Source of the DNA: Azolla caroliniana
Lineage: Eukaryota > Plantae > Polypodiophyta
DNA: 64,000 nt
Assembly: GCA_043228905.1 (NCBI GenBank)
Contig: JBHGNT010000003.1
Span: forward strand, 25,482,001 to 25,546,000
Direction: 5' to 3'
A program made the translations under genes and the position numbers. Positions 37,954-50,834 of the stretch are shown piece by piece; within the stretch, counting starts at the first letter, position 1, and the number at the start of each line of letters is the position of its first letter. The notes under the pieces were generated by a model, which saw only the letters and a list, made by a program, of their open reading frames with translations, ran no database searches and was not told where the DNA came from.

Positions 37954-40939
37954 CTATGGATATACATACAAATACATGTGTGTGTGTGTGTAATAAGAGA
38001 CATATTTAAAGGCATACATTGAGAAGAAAGTTGCCAATAATTGCAAGGGTGGAAAAAAGAATTGCATGGCAAACAAGCAAGCAAATGCTACATTTATTTA
38101 TTGTGTATTGAAGAGCAGAAAAGGGATTTGAACCCATGATAATTGATCCTTTGATAAAGCTATACGGCTACCATGAAATGTCTTTATATCCAATTACTAT
38201 TATTAATTTGCCCTCTAAACATACGTGTGGGGAGAGAGGGGAGGGGTATACTAAGGTCATTTACACTTTTTGTACATAAATTTTATTATGGAAGTAATGA
38301 GGAACATGACAATGAGCATTCGACAACCAGGGGGTAGATGCACGTGTGCAAGTGTATCTATGATTCTTATCTAGAGGGAATCAAATTGCAATTACTCTTC
38401 ATTATTCCCATTGTAATTGCAGTTGTATGTCCAGGAATCGAATTACATTATTAGTCTAGAAATACAATATGACAAAAGATCCTGAGCATTGAATTTTGAA
38501 AAATTGAGCTAGTTGTATTCTACCCACGAATACGTGGGTACCAAAAGAGAGAAACAAGAACACGTATGATATAATTTGTCAATAAGGTTTTGTTTCATTG
38601 ACATAAGAAATTCAACCTCAAGTTTCACATATTCTTGTAAATATAGCGAGCTTGTGGTCTCTCCATATAGCTTAAAAGTGCATTTTACCATTGTGGCATA
38701 ACTTAAAAGAGAGTCTCAAAAGAAAATAAAGAAAGAAAGTTTTAGTAACTTACGCAAAATGTTAAACTCGGCCCAATGAAACAAATCTTAGTACAATGAC
38801 AAGCAATACCCTTCTACCATGATAAAACTACAACATTATCCCTTCAAAATCAAGCCCACATTGGTCCCTAGTCTCCATGTTTTGTGACCGAAAGGTCCAT
38901 AAGGTACTTGACTATCATATTTACGTGGATATCCTCATATGCATGGTATCTACAAACATAGTGCCCCTCATTCTTCACCCCTACTTCACACAGTATCGAT
39001 CAAAGATTGAGATTGGTTGATGACCAATTTGAATCTCCACGTGATGTGGAGAAACTCTCGCAAGTTCGATAATTGCTACTATAGTATGATATGTAGATAT
39101 CGATAAACTAATGCCACACATTGAAGCATTGGATTAATATGTTACGAGAATGCAATTGTACAACAACATTTTAGATGGTAACTTGGTGATTGTGGGCTAA
39201 TCCAACTCTTCTTGGATGTTACCATATAGTTGGATGTTTGTATCTCTTGCTTTATCACCCTAAGTTCTATCGCTACACATTTTATGATATGAATAGTTGT
39301 GATGTCAAAGCATATAATTTTATCACATTCAATTTCCATGTCATGCTTTCAGAGCTATCAATAGAATTGTAAACATCCATATTTGCCAACAACCAAAAGG
39401 CTTTGCATGGTCTATGTAAATGTATGTTAATCCACATATTGCTAATATATGTGTCGAAAAATGCTTGCTTGAAGGTCTTAGTCAACGTCAAGTGTGGTTT
39501 TGCGAACTTTACCATATGATATCACGTGGTACAAAGAGTAATTTGTTATGAATCACCCTACAAGGATGAATAATTGGGGTTCCTTTAAATATGTATCCAA
39601 TATGGCTGCTCCAATTCGTTGATGCATATAACAATATCAATGCATGAGTGATCACACTTTGGTTTGTGTCTCTTTTCATGGACTTAATGGCAATTTCTTT
39701 TTGATAGTGCCACTATTGCATAGTCCTTGATGGGTTTGGTGATTGTTAAGCAGAGAAACAAACATGAAAATGATTATATTTGCGTCACAAATATAGTTTG
39801 CAACAAGATGAACAGGAAAAATGTACATGTCTTATACAACATATGACAACCAAGAACAATTGGCCTAACGTATCTTTTATAGCAAGTGGTAACATGAATT
39901 GCCCCATGAACAAGCACATAGTAATAACACCCGGTTTTTGTTAAACATGCAACACAAATGAGCTTATGAAGATAATTAGGTTGTTGGCATACATATATAC
40001 ATATGTATACGGACATGGATCAATCATATACATTGATTTGGGATCGACTAAGTTCCTTTGGGAATAATTGAACCTAGAAAGTTTGACTTTCATATCATGG
40101 TGTAAACATTAAGCAACCAATCATGAAGAGACGCATAATGTTACACAAGGTCGACAAACTGAGTAAACATAGTCAATGATGATGATATATACAACAATAA
40201 CTCATTTATATAATGCATTATGCAATAGTAACTACACCATCTACACTTTGGAGCATAATATTGACCAAGGTTACTAAAACTATCAATCATACATGTGTGT
40301 GCATTGACTAATTAGGCCTAATATGCATAAAAGTTTGCATGTCTAACATACTCAATACTCTAACCTACATTTATGGTGTTCGACTTCTAAACACATTACA
40401 TTTTATAAGTCATCACAATCTTTAACACCAAATTAAGTACTAAATTGATCTTAGCTTGGTTTCCTATATGCTTACCCAATCTCATATTTGAGATATAGCT
40501 TTAAAATGAGTTGATTGCTACTTTCACCATCTGGGGTGCAACACTCAACATGTTTGCCTAGCAAGACAAAGCTATCATCGCTACATGCAAGCCTACCTTA
40601 GGAACATGAATATTCACAACTATGTTATTGCAACATTTTCTATGATATTTGCATGGCCATAATTACTCGATTGTTGGGAATGCAGTGTCTAGCCTTGAAC
40701 ACATTATTTACTTAATACTCAAAAATGTCATAAGTTGATCATAGGTGAAAATAATCTAGAATCATCTCCAATATTGAAACATGTTCACTTACCAACATCG
40801 TTGACATTGGCTACCATAGTTTTGCATTGGTGGTGTCATTTCATTGGATTGTAGGTCGATGTTGTAAGCCACAATGTCCTATTATGACCCTTACTACATC
40901 TATCATCATATGATCAAGGTGATGTCGCTCTACTAGATC

Positions 40940-41700
40940 CATTGTCATATGATGCAAATAATCCCAAGAAACCATATCCATGATGCTTTAAGTGAAATAT
41001 GTGTACATTCAATATTATAAGGAATGAATGTATCTTGAAGCAAGCCGCCTAAGTAATTGAAAGGTAGTGCATTGTCACGAAGGTCGCCTATTCTTATACC
41101 ATTGTCTTGAGTAGAGTCGTGTTCTTGGCTGTGGAGGTTCCTCAAATTTTCTTTCTAGCACACACATTTAGTTGCTATGGACCCCTCATTAATCAACTAG
41201 TCTAAAGCAAGTTTACAACTTGATGCATTGTCTTACCCCGTTGCTCTGGAGTTTTGCAAGAAGTGTGTGCCATTTTCCTTTTTTACTGTCGAGAACACAT
41301 GATGGTGAAGCTCATGTACACATGTGGGGGTTGAGCAAGTCGTCATGAACGAATGATGATTTTATAGGACAACCGTAGAGTTGAATGGTGATGTTCGAGC
41401 CATGTACTAGTTTGAATGGCGACTAAACCAAGTGCGACCACATCACAATATAATAAGCTAGTCTTATCTAGGGAGCCAAGAACTGAGGACTAAATGTGGC
41501 GATAAAGAAAGCGAACCATTTCATTCGTGGACAAGAGACTTGCTTGAACCGCTAATAAATGTCTGCCTCAGTTGGGGGATGACGGATTACACACCTAGCG
41601 AGCTACTACGAAAGTTGTAAGGGGAGTAATTAATGGGATGAATTATGAGTACAAGAATCATCTCTAAAGTTGGGTGTGTGGGGGGGAGGCTCTTACTACA
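40940..41700 (-). mobile_element. Probable degenerate LTR-retrotransposon 5' end (LTR plus gag remnant)
   Basis: The minus strand begins TGTAGTAAG at 41700 and is more GC-rich than its surroundings. The downstream peptide LRDNAL...ISLKAS..FL weakly resembles the retrotransposon gag 'LxxxAxxW...LKxxFL' motif. Confidence 0.35.
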
Positions 41701-42223
41701 CTTCTAACACCATGATCACCACCACCACCACCAATACTACTACTACTAAAGTTACTACCACTCTTTCAATTATATCTAAGTTTAAGAAGACTAATCTATG
41801 GGCTCACACTATGTATGTGTATGGACTTTTTGATGTTCTTGTTCAATTTGTATGGTCTTTATGTGTTTAATTAATGACTCATTATAGTGATGAAAAGAGA
41901 GGTGGGGGGAGGTTAACTCATTATGTATAAATATATATATATATATACACCTCCTCCTCTTCCTTCCTTCCTTCCTTCCTTCTTCTTCTTCTCTAAACTC
42001 TCTCTATATTTATTGTATTAACTGATCTTAATTAGTAGATAGTGCCTTTCTTCTCCTCCTCCTTTTTTCTCTCTAATCTCCCTCCACTCCAACTTAATCC
42101 CTTCCCTTCTCTTGATTAGCAACACAAATTACACATGATCCCCCACTAATTACCCACTAATCACCCCCCCTACTCATATCATTCAGATTCGTGAATAATT
42201 TCAGTTAGTTAGTTCTCAACACA

Positions 42224-43745
42224 ATGAGGAAGCGGTTATGGTCACCAGATGAAGATGAGAAGCTCCAGAGATATGTCTCTCAGCATGGCTTTGGCAATTG
42301 GAGTGAAGTGGCTAAGAAGACAGGTACTTAATTAAGCTTTACCCTTCGTAATTAATCCGTCATTAGCACACTTGCAACTTATGTAATCATGCTACTGTAA
42401 GTCTCTAAGCGATTGATTAGCACTAATTGCACAACAGTTACTATCTAGCTGGCCGGTGATTAGCATTACAGTGACCACAGTACAATGAGCTGTACCTATT
42501 CTTGTAATTAGCTGCATCAATCCGAATATAACATCGGCCTATTTGCATCACTCCCTTGGCACTCGGGATTTAGGGTTCCTAATGCCAAGATTGGAGGGGC
42601 TAATACCAAAATTAGATGTACCCGTCTTAATATGCATAGTTGAGGTGATTCTTACTAATAATGATTAGTATGAACATGGCGGCGATTAAGATCATGATTT
42701 GAAGTGATTAATCCGATTATTTGATTCTGTGTTTGTGTGTGTGTAGGCCTGCAGAGATGTGGAAAGAGCTGCAGGCTGAGATGGATCAACTATCTGAGGC
42801 CTGATCTCAAGAGGGGGAAGCTGTCCCCAGAGGAGAAGATGATCATCATCAATCTGCAGAAGGTGTTTGGCAACAGGTAATTGATTAACAATCACAATGA
42901 ACAGACGCATCATGTGTTGCAGCTCCAGAAGATTCATCAATGGTGATATCCATAATATTAATTTATAACCCTCCTAGCACTTTTACATCCCCTAGACTAT
43001 TAATTGTCTTGTTCGAACCTCGTTAGCTCACTGATTAATGGTAATTAGCGCTGAATTAAGGAACACCATGATTACCATCGTTAATTAATTCGCCCTTCCC
43101 AGCCTTAATCTTCCTCCTCAATCATAACCCGTAATTTAATGTTAATTGGTATTAACTCTTCTTCTTTTCCATCAGTTGGTCCAAGATTGCGGCCCATCTA
43201 CCGGGAAGGACAGACAGTGACATCAAGAACTTCTGGCACTCGCATTTCCGGAAGATGAAGCCAAGGCAGGCCGCCGCCGCCGCTGCCATGGCCATGCAAT
43301 CGATGCTTCACGACATCAAGAATGTCAACACCTTCAACCCTGCAAACCCTAACCCTAATCCGAGTTTTCACTCCTTCCACATTAACCCTATCATCCCTAA
43401 CCCTAACTCATACCCGGACCCTAGCCCTAATCGTAACCTTCATTCGATATTCCACCTTAACCCTAATTCCAGCCTTCATTCTTTTAGCCCTAACCCTAAC
43501 CCTAAAGCTAACCCTAGTCCGTTTCATCTTTTTGCGCCATCAATCAATGCTAATAATACGGGCACGCTACCCCTAGCATCCAGCAACAGCAACGCCATTA
43601 ATTTCCGCATGCAATTGATGAATGGATCGGCCCCTAACCATACCTGCAATCGCAGTAACAGCAGTAATGTTACTAATCATACGATCAATGCCTACAATAC
43701 TAAACCTGATACAAATAATGCTACTAGTAATAGCGATGACGAAGA

Positions 43746-43776
<31 letters not shown>

Positions 43777-44931
43777 AACACTACTATAAGTACTGCGCTC
43801 AGCCACGCGAGGGCAATCACCACCACAACACTCAGTAATTCGGTGGCACCTGCTAATAATAATCCTACAGTAATCATTAATTCACATGTCTCCGTGCCAA
43901 GCACGTGCATCCAAGACAGTAATTATAGCGCAACCAAGAGATTATTAACGCCAAATTACCACCAATTAACTAACCCCTCCACTAATCACGCAATTAACAA
44001 TCACCTCAACAGTATATCTAATCATTCCTGGTTGAATGGTCATGATACCATTCCGAATCATCCTCCTCCTAGCCAAATGATGATTAAGCCACTTAATAAC
44101 ATGATTAGCACTTCATTAACTGCTGCTGCTGCTGCTGCTACTACTACTACCATTTCTAATAATGATGATGAGAAGGTGAGAATCCATATTGACCCCATGA
44201 CGATGACTGCTATGCATGATGATGGGCGGGATCATAATAATATGACTTACAACAACAACAACAATTCGAGCCATTCAAATTCAACTGATGAGGAGGAGGA
44301 TCATAACATTCACAGCAGTGAGTCGCCGCCTGATGGGCTTGAGCTTGTGGTGTGGAGCTGCGTGAACAAAGGACCCCCAAATGTAGCTATGGCAGCAGGA
44401 GGAGGAGCTACTAATCCATACAATATTCTGCACAATCATGTGGATGAGTATCATCATCTTGATCATGATCATGATCATCATGACCATGATCATCATCATA
44501 ATGATCAATGTCATCATGACCATGGCCAGGATCAATGTCATCATGACCATGATCATCATGATCACCACCATCATGACCATGTCCATCACCACCACATGAT
44601 GATCATGATGAACATGAGCCCGACCACGACAACATGCACGAATTCTCTAGGGGATGCCGACGACAATGTGCTCGATGGGGATGACCAACACTTGGCGGAG
44701 CTGCTCGACCAATATCATCACCATCACCATCGGCACAGCATGTCATCGGACGACGATCGGGACTTCATGATGGATGCCGCCCACTTGATGATGGACAACC
44801 CGCCCAAATCCGGCAATGCCAGCCTCCCCCAAGCTACTAGCCCCTTTTCCTCCATCTCTAGTCACCACCACGATGCCGTGACATCCATGATGGTGTCCAT
44901 CCCCTTGATCACCACCCCCTCGAGGTGCTAG
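42224..44931 (+). CDS. R2R3-MYB transcription factor, 661 aa, with a long low-complexity C-terminus
   Basis: Exons 42224-42323, 42747-42876 (the canonical 130-nt exon) and 43176-44931. The domain reads [73 protein letters not shown]. Confidence 0.95.
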
Positions 44932-47900
44932 ACCTTCTTCTCTTGTTTCGTAACTGCCACTATCCCATCCGATCCCATGGATCTTCATCATTATCATTGC
45001 ATACCCACCACGAATTTCTTCGTTTCCGAGTTGAGTACATAACATCGGTCATGGCGATCATCATCGAGCTCCCGCTTCGATCATCAACGCTTGATGCCTC
45101 TCATCATTAGTTCTATATATATATATATACACTACATGCACATTGGATCACTAGTTTTCATATCTAGCCATGGCATTTGTTTATCATGGGATTGTCACTT
45201 AAATTGCAGGCATTGGCATTGGAATTCTCTAGTTTCAAATCTCAATCAATGTGACATCGGGTATCACAACCAATCCTAAGATTGGTTGCCAATCATATTG
45301 ATTGTGATGCTCCATACCACAAATGATTGACCAATGCAAAGTAGATATTTGGTTGGTAGCATTACAATGATCCATGATCCTCCAACGATCATCTATCATC
45401 GACATGTTACTAGTATCCTTACTTATTATTGACACTAATATAAGCTAACTCCCTAAAATGGTAGTGTGGTTACTAGAGCTGGCCATTAGTGATCCATAAC
45501 TAATTAAATATCCATGCAATATTATTAGCCCATTTATTTAACCCCTAGGTGATTACCATATTAACAACATAGAAGAACTTGGCATTTTTAATAGATTTTT
45601 TTAATGATCACATATATTATCATAAGGCACCACTCATACACAAAGGGCCTCACATCTCTTGTTACCTTGTAGAAACTATCATAGAATTTTTATATTAGTA
45701 GTAGAAACACAATAGCAATAAGAACTAATAAGAATCACACCACATTGAATCCCCTCCAAAAAAACAAAACATTACCAATACCACTTGAGATGTGCTCCTT
45801 TTGTGTTATGGTCAAGCCATTTACTGTTACAATGGGCAATGTTCCGGCAATATTAGTATCTTATGATTCGGAGATCCCTATTTCACATCCAAAACCTTAT
45901 ACAAGGGTTAATCAAAATTTGTATCCTTCCATTACTTTTTCAAATTTCAATAAGTTTTGCCCTACAATTCAGCTCTCTTTATTAAACAAAAAATAACAAT
46001 TTTGATATGTTAAACTTGGACTATGGTGTCCATCATATTGGCCATAATTATAAGTTCTCATAGTGACTACAAACCGAAGTTAGTGACATATTCTTATTTC
46101 ATGTCCATGTTAAAGTTGATTCATTTCATTCCACATTATTTTGCATTTATCACTTGAGTTTATAAAGCATGTGTATATGTATTAACTCGTCTCCATGATA
46201 TTCTTGAACTTAATGTGTTGCCGTACATCACACATAGAAATTGGATCCTCACGATAATAAATAGCAACAAGATATCTCTAGGATTGCACATAAAGCTTTG
46301 ATCTATGTTGCGAAAGGATCTCTATAAGTTCTCTTTGCATGTCTATCTCTAGTAGAGCACCTATCGGAAGTACACAAGCACTTATATTAATGTAGTCATC
46401 ATGCCACTCCAATGCATTATATATATATATATATATACACACACACTCACACATATGATAGTAAGCCCCTTAGCCGACAATAATTCCCTTCAACTTTTAC
46501 ATTCTGAATTACGAGCATTATATATCCCGTCATTAATCCTAAAGAGTACAAGCCAATCATTTGTTTTCTAAGAGTGAGGCATAGTAACCGATGGTTGTAT
46601 TTCATATAATGCATATGCGTATCGCAACTTATCCTTATTATACGCCCATTATAAAGGCAATCTATTTTGGATCTCATGAGAATCTATAAAAATAGTGCTG
46701 AAATTGATGCACCACATAGATTCTCCGTTGACATCAACATCTCTGTAATTTTGTTCGTTACTAGATTCCGACCAATCTTTCATTCTTGTGAGGATACATT
46801 TCCTATTAAGTTACCATATTTCTAACTAATAATAGACTCATGTACTTTGTGTTCTATGCAATGGTGCTTATATTCATGCTCGGCATGCAATTAAGGTTGA
46901 ATTTTCCTCAATACAGTACTTGAATAAATGGGAATCGAAATCTGAGAAGTACACATTGTAATGTTGATATACATTGGAATTTACTAAAGATATTGAGACA
47001 TCACATTACATCATAGTATGTTAGGAACAAATGTTTTTTCTTTCGTACCATGTTGTATTGTTCTTCTTGGTTAACAACTACATATGCCAAAGTTTGCAAT
47101 TGTGAGGATTCTCAATAGATAATATTTGACATGTTCACATTCAAGTAATGATATGCTCTATCACATCCCAAATCTTTTATACATTTTCACATGTACCTTT
47201 ATTCATCTAATGTTGCCAAATATATATCAACCAAGCCAGTTGCATGGGGAGTGATCAATGTTGGAACCTGAAAATGATAATAATTCTAGTATACAAGGAT
47301 ATGTTTTGGGTTGATCAATTAGTTTGTACAATATTGGATTAAATATATATACATGTAGAAACTAGGATCAACTCTGTGTCATGCGTGTTCTTTTAATACA
47401 TATTATCGTCATTCTCTTGATGATTTGATTGGAGTATCATCCATTTCATTTGGCCATCATTTAGGCCAAGTTGTTTGATGTTCCTCCATTAATTATGTAT
47501 GTGATCAGTCGATATATACTTGGGAATGGTGAGATGATCTCAACAATTGATTTTGATATTGTAAAATGTATTTGTAAGAAGCCATTCATATGGCCATTAT
47601 AAATACTTTATGGCTCCACTTTACTCTAGTAGAGAACTATATATAAGAAAAGGAAGCATTGTGCTTCTACCACCAAGGATGTGATAATTCTCATGAAAGG
47701 CCCATTATAATTCCACATTTAGGCACACACACATTCTCCAACTTTTATTTTATAATTTCTAATGCTTGAAAATTAACCTTCTATTTTCATTTTCTTCTAA
47801 AAGTTATTTGGGTGTTAAGTCATCTTCAATAGCCTCCTTATTAGTTTTTAATAGCAAAATCTTAATCCATCCTAACAATATTGTGCTATTGGCTTACTCG

Positions 47901-49174
47901 CACATATACTATTCTTAACATTTATTAACTTATAACTTGGTTTGGTTTGGTTCTTATGTTCGATCTAAATCGTATGGTAAACATTGATGATCTCATACGT
48001 TATAGCGTATATTTATTCCATGTGATGGTTTGGAAGCCTTTGATCATAGTTGTTGTGCCTTTCAAATGTCAATCGTATATTTCCTATTTTCAATGTTTCC
48101 AAAAAAATTCATGAACGATACCAAAAAATTTCATTAAGGATACGTGATTATCTCTCACATAGACATGTGTTATTTGTTTTATGGCTCATGATGATGGAGT
48201 CTCTAACCCATAACATGGAGGTTAAAATTTACAAGCTAGACCACCACGCCATCAACCCCTATGTACTATTAGTAGAATGTTGTTGTTAGGATCTTAATCA
48301 ACATACTGATTGATAGTCAACTAGTTAGATTTAAATTGATTAGAACATAAAGATGGATATCGTCTTATTCTTGTTTACCAAACCTTAGATCCCTCAAACT
48401 AGCAAGGCAACAACCATAAAATGCCGCATCTCATTAGTGTGTGGTGCTAAATGAACACTTGGTGACATTTGTTTATGTCACTATATCATGTACGGATGTA
48501 ATTCCACACATTAAATGCAAGCCACCTAAAGTTACTTCATGTATAAGCTAGGGTGGCACATATTTTCATTTGAGTAATTATTGTGCTACTTCATCGTGAG
48601 AGCAAATGTTGTAAATCACATATGTTCACATCTAAATGTATATTGATGTTGTAAAGATGGGCAATTTACCTTTTGTGGTTGAAACATGCGAAGAATATAA
48701 CATTTCATACATTATATGCAAAGCAAACTTCATCGGCACATGATATCAGGCCTATGTTTACAAATGTTTCAAATGTCGTTGCAAGGAAATACTTCTGAAC
48801 AGTTTTCTGTTCCCCCCCCGAAGTGCACCTACATGTCATTATATTCCTGAAAATGCCCCTCTGGTTAGTATCGCGGAGAAGGGGAAGAAATCATAGGTTC
48901 CAAGTTTCAATAATCAGACGATGAATTTTATCGCCCTGTTTCCTATATGCATGTGTCAATAATACATGGACAAAGGTGTTTCTTGCCTCTTGTTGGCACA
49001 AGGGGCATTTAGAGAAATAAAGGAAGAAGGGCAGGGGTATTTTAGGAAATTTCCAAAATCAGCATTAGTTAGTATTATTCAATCTTCCAACGGTTATGTG
49101 TACCCACGCCTTCTTCTGTTCCATCGTTAGGGTTAGGGTTAGGGTTCTGGTTCCCGGAACTAGGGTTTCCCGCC

Positions 49175-50762
49175 ATGGTGGTTCCTCCGTTTCGTCTTCG
49201 CCCAAGTCTCGTGGAGCTTTGTGTACCTATAATCGCCACGTTTCCTGATGTTCTCTGCATCCTCGCTTCCATTCCTTCCTCCATCCGATCGCTCGTCATC
49301 GCCCATCTTCCTGTTCATCTCCCCCTCGATCTCTGCGCTCAGGTTAGGGTTTTATCTAATTATTTCTATTTTTATATAGTTTTTCTGTTGGTTTATGCCT
49401 TGCCTTTATTTTTTGGGTTTTGTCTGTTTCTTAATTTTCTTTTCCTTTCATTTTTATCTTTTCTTTATCGCAATATGTTTTCTTTTTTTTTTCTGACTGT
49501 TTTCCTTCCAAAGGTTCTCATGGACGATGGATAAAGAAGGGGTAACATTTTTTCTAAAATAGATACTTTTTAAATTAAACTGTGTTACTTCTATTTTTTT
49601 TCATTTTTATTCTGTTTTAAATATGTTCTTTCAATATAATAGTTTTGTTCTTTTGCGAATTGCGGTGTATGGTAGAATGTTGAGATTTCATGTGTTGCTT
49701 CTTTTTGGTTTAATGACACTATATTTTGGAATCATAACTTGCTTTTCTTTATATATATGACACTATTTTTTCTGGACGAAATTCTATTGGAATCACATTT
49801 TGCTTCAATAAAAAAATTCTTGCATAGATGACACTTTATAAGATCACATTCTGTAGATGAAAACCTAGTGGAGGTAAAGTTCATATTTTGTTGTTTCACA
49901 AATTAGGATCTCAGATTGTCTTTTGTAGTTTATGCAAATAAGAAACTATTGGGGTCACCTTTTTTCTTTCTTACATAGATTGGCATAGTATTTTAGAATC
50001 ACACTTTGCCATTTGTTTTTGCATATAGATAGATGATAACCTATTTGATTCACAAATTGCTTTCTCTGTGACGTGATAGATAAAAGTATTCTCTCCAAAT
50101 GAACCTTTGTTTTACATTTGTTTTGCTTTTCTTCATCAACGATGGCATAAATTGGGATTGCTTTTGGCTAGATTGTTCCTAAGGAAAACATTCTCACAGT
50201 TGTTTTTTGCTTAATTTTCAGTTTATCATAGATAATGAAGAATACTGGAAACGTAGATCTATGCTCAAGTGGGAGACTTGTGATCTTTCTTGCCATGGAC
50301 GCTCTTGGAAACAACTTTTCTTTGAGTGCAACCTTGCTGATGCCCTTGAAAAGTTAGTTCAACCTCATTGCCATCCATATTATATATAGTGTAGTTTGTT
50401 CTATTACGTCGAGATAAAAGAGAGTTGCATGACTGTACCTTGAAGAAGTATTATTATTCTTAATATATAAAATTTTATTCCTTTTGAAGCTTTGATCCTA
50501 CTGTGGAAGACATAGTTGAGTTGAAGAAGCTTTTGGATACAAGCAAACCATTTGTCCATAATCTCATGGTTTGCCAATTGCCTTCACATCTTAATCCGGC
50601 TTTGATTCTGCATTCATTGGGCAGGTATGTTTGTGAATAACTCCATGTTTCCATTACGCCAAGATTTTCTCGATATCATCCCATTTCACTTTTGATATCA
50701 TACTTTCATATGAGGGCATTTGAAATCCATGTTTCATAGTATTCTCTAATACAGCAGCTCAC

Positions 50763-50834
<72 letters not shown>

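Noticed and set aside
37794-38084. ORFs reading MCMCMC, YVYVYV and HIHIHI
   Set aside because: These are translations of the (TATGTG)n microsatellite, with no gene structure.
42224-43255. The MYB as DUO1, the sperm regulator, given the neighbouring ciliary gene
   Set aside because: It has [15 protein letters not shown] rather than the DUO1-type WVNKLRPNLK.GCKF with its extra residue. The adjacency is probably coincidental.
43573-45045. Antisense ORFs opposite MYB exon 3
   Set aside because: They are mirror translations of trinucleotide low-complexity tracts.
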